NCBI GenBank assembly: GCA_038087875.1 | Contig: CM075990.1 | Span: 8,310,001-8,374,000, forward strand | DNA: 64,000 nt | Reading direction: 5' to 3' | Origin: Malacoraja senta | Taxonomy: Eukaryota | Shown: piece after piece, positions 62,970-64,000 of the stretch | Layout of the letters: every line of letters begins with the position of its first letter | Numbering within the stretch: position 1 is the first letter of the stretch | The notes under the pieces: generated by a model | Database searches by the model: none | Told to the model about the DNA's origin: nothing | What the model saw: the letters and a program-made list of their open reading frames with translations, nothing else | Position numbers and translations under genes: made by a program

Positions 62970-63366
62970 TTTTAGTTTAGTTTAGTTTAGTTTACTGTCA
63001 TGTGTACCGAGGTACAGTGAAAAGCTTTTTGTTGCATGCTAACCAGTCAGCGGAAAGGCAATACATGATTACAATCGAGCCATTCACAGTGTACAGATAC
63101 ATAGTAAGGGAATAACGTTTAGTGCAAAATAAAGCCAGTAAAGTCCGATCAAAGATAGTCCGAGGGTCACCATTGAGATAGATAGTTGTTCAGGACTGCT
63201 CTCGAGCTGCGGTAGAATGGTTCCATTGCCTGTTAACAGATGGGAAGAAACTGTCCCTGAATCTAAAAGTGAGCGTTTTCATACTTCTATACCTTTTGCC
63301 CGATAGGAGAGGGGAGAGGAGGGAGTGGCCAGGGTGTGACTCATCCTTAATTATGCTGCTGGCCTT
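62970..63366 (-). mobile_element. Rex1/Babar 3' end
   Basis: (tttag)n tail, gtgtaccgaggtacagtgaaa hairpin, gggaagaaactgtccctgaatc (reverse reads FRDSFFP). Confidence 0.8.
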
Positions 63367-63776
63367 AAGATATTTACATCCCAGCCAGAAATACTGGGAC
63401 TGTAATACGTGGCCCCTCCACTATCCCCTCAGCTGCTGAAGACAGACAATGTTTGGGAGTGTCACTTTAAGGCATAGAATGGAGTGTGTTCGTTACAAAA
63501 CTAGAGTTGTTAGTAATCACCATGAGAACTGTGTCCCTTATTAGGAAGTACAGACTCATGAGAATAGTCATTTGCATTGTGATTTAAAGCCATGATCTTT
63601 TGCATCATCATGAATCAATGCAGGTTAACCACGAAATAAACATTTTATTATTCCCATTGACAAAAGAAAGACTCATCAATGCTAATCTTTTAACAAAGCC
63701 TCTCAGTCTACCAAATGACACAACACATTTTCCTCAGATGTCCAAACCATTGTTTACTTTCTACCTATAATACCAA

Positions 63777-64000
63777 CCCTCGCTCCCTCTCTCCCTCTCT
63801 CCCTCTCTCCCCCTCTCCCCCCTCCCCCTCTCCCCCTCTCCCCCTCTCCCCCTCTCCCCCTCTCCCCCTCTCCCCCTCTCCCCCTCTCCCTCTCTCCCTC
63901 TCTACCCCCCCTCTCCCCATCTCCCCTCCCTCCTCCCCTCTCCCCCTCTCCCCTTCCCCCCTCTCCCCCTCTCCCCCTCTCCCCTCTCCCCCTCTCCCCC
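63777..64000. repeat. (CCCCCTCT)n-like polypyrimidine repeat
   Basis: Direct inspection; runs off the window. Confidence 0.95.

Overview
Repeat-saturated, non-coding (intronic or intergenic) vertebrate DNA. The dense HE1-type tRNA-derived SINEs and CR1 LINEs point to a cartilaginous fish, probably a skate or ray (inference). No host gene can be recognised. The only long real ORF is a 5'-truncated CR1 ORF2 (reverse transcriptase). The window also holds Rex1/Babar, L1, Hero and RTE-like LINE fragments, hAT-like and TWA/TTAA-flanked MITEs, and microsatellites, often nested. The most interesting signal is a family of Penelope-like element (PLE) derivatives whose terminal repeat carries a minimal type I hammerhead ribozyme motif (CTGANGA-N-GGGT[YTCG]RCCC-GAAACGTH). 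It occurs about a dozen times: attached to GIY-YIG C-termini, as a tandem dimer, as palindromic hairpins, and as 92-125 bp units flanked by 10-15 bp target-site duplications. Family names come from motif recognition by eye, not database searches. Boundaries without a quoted TSD or TIR are approximate.
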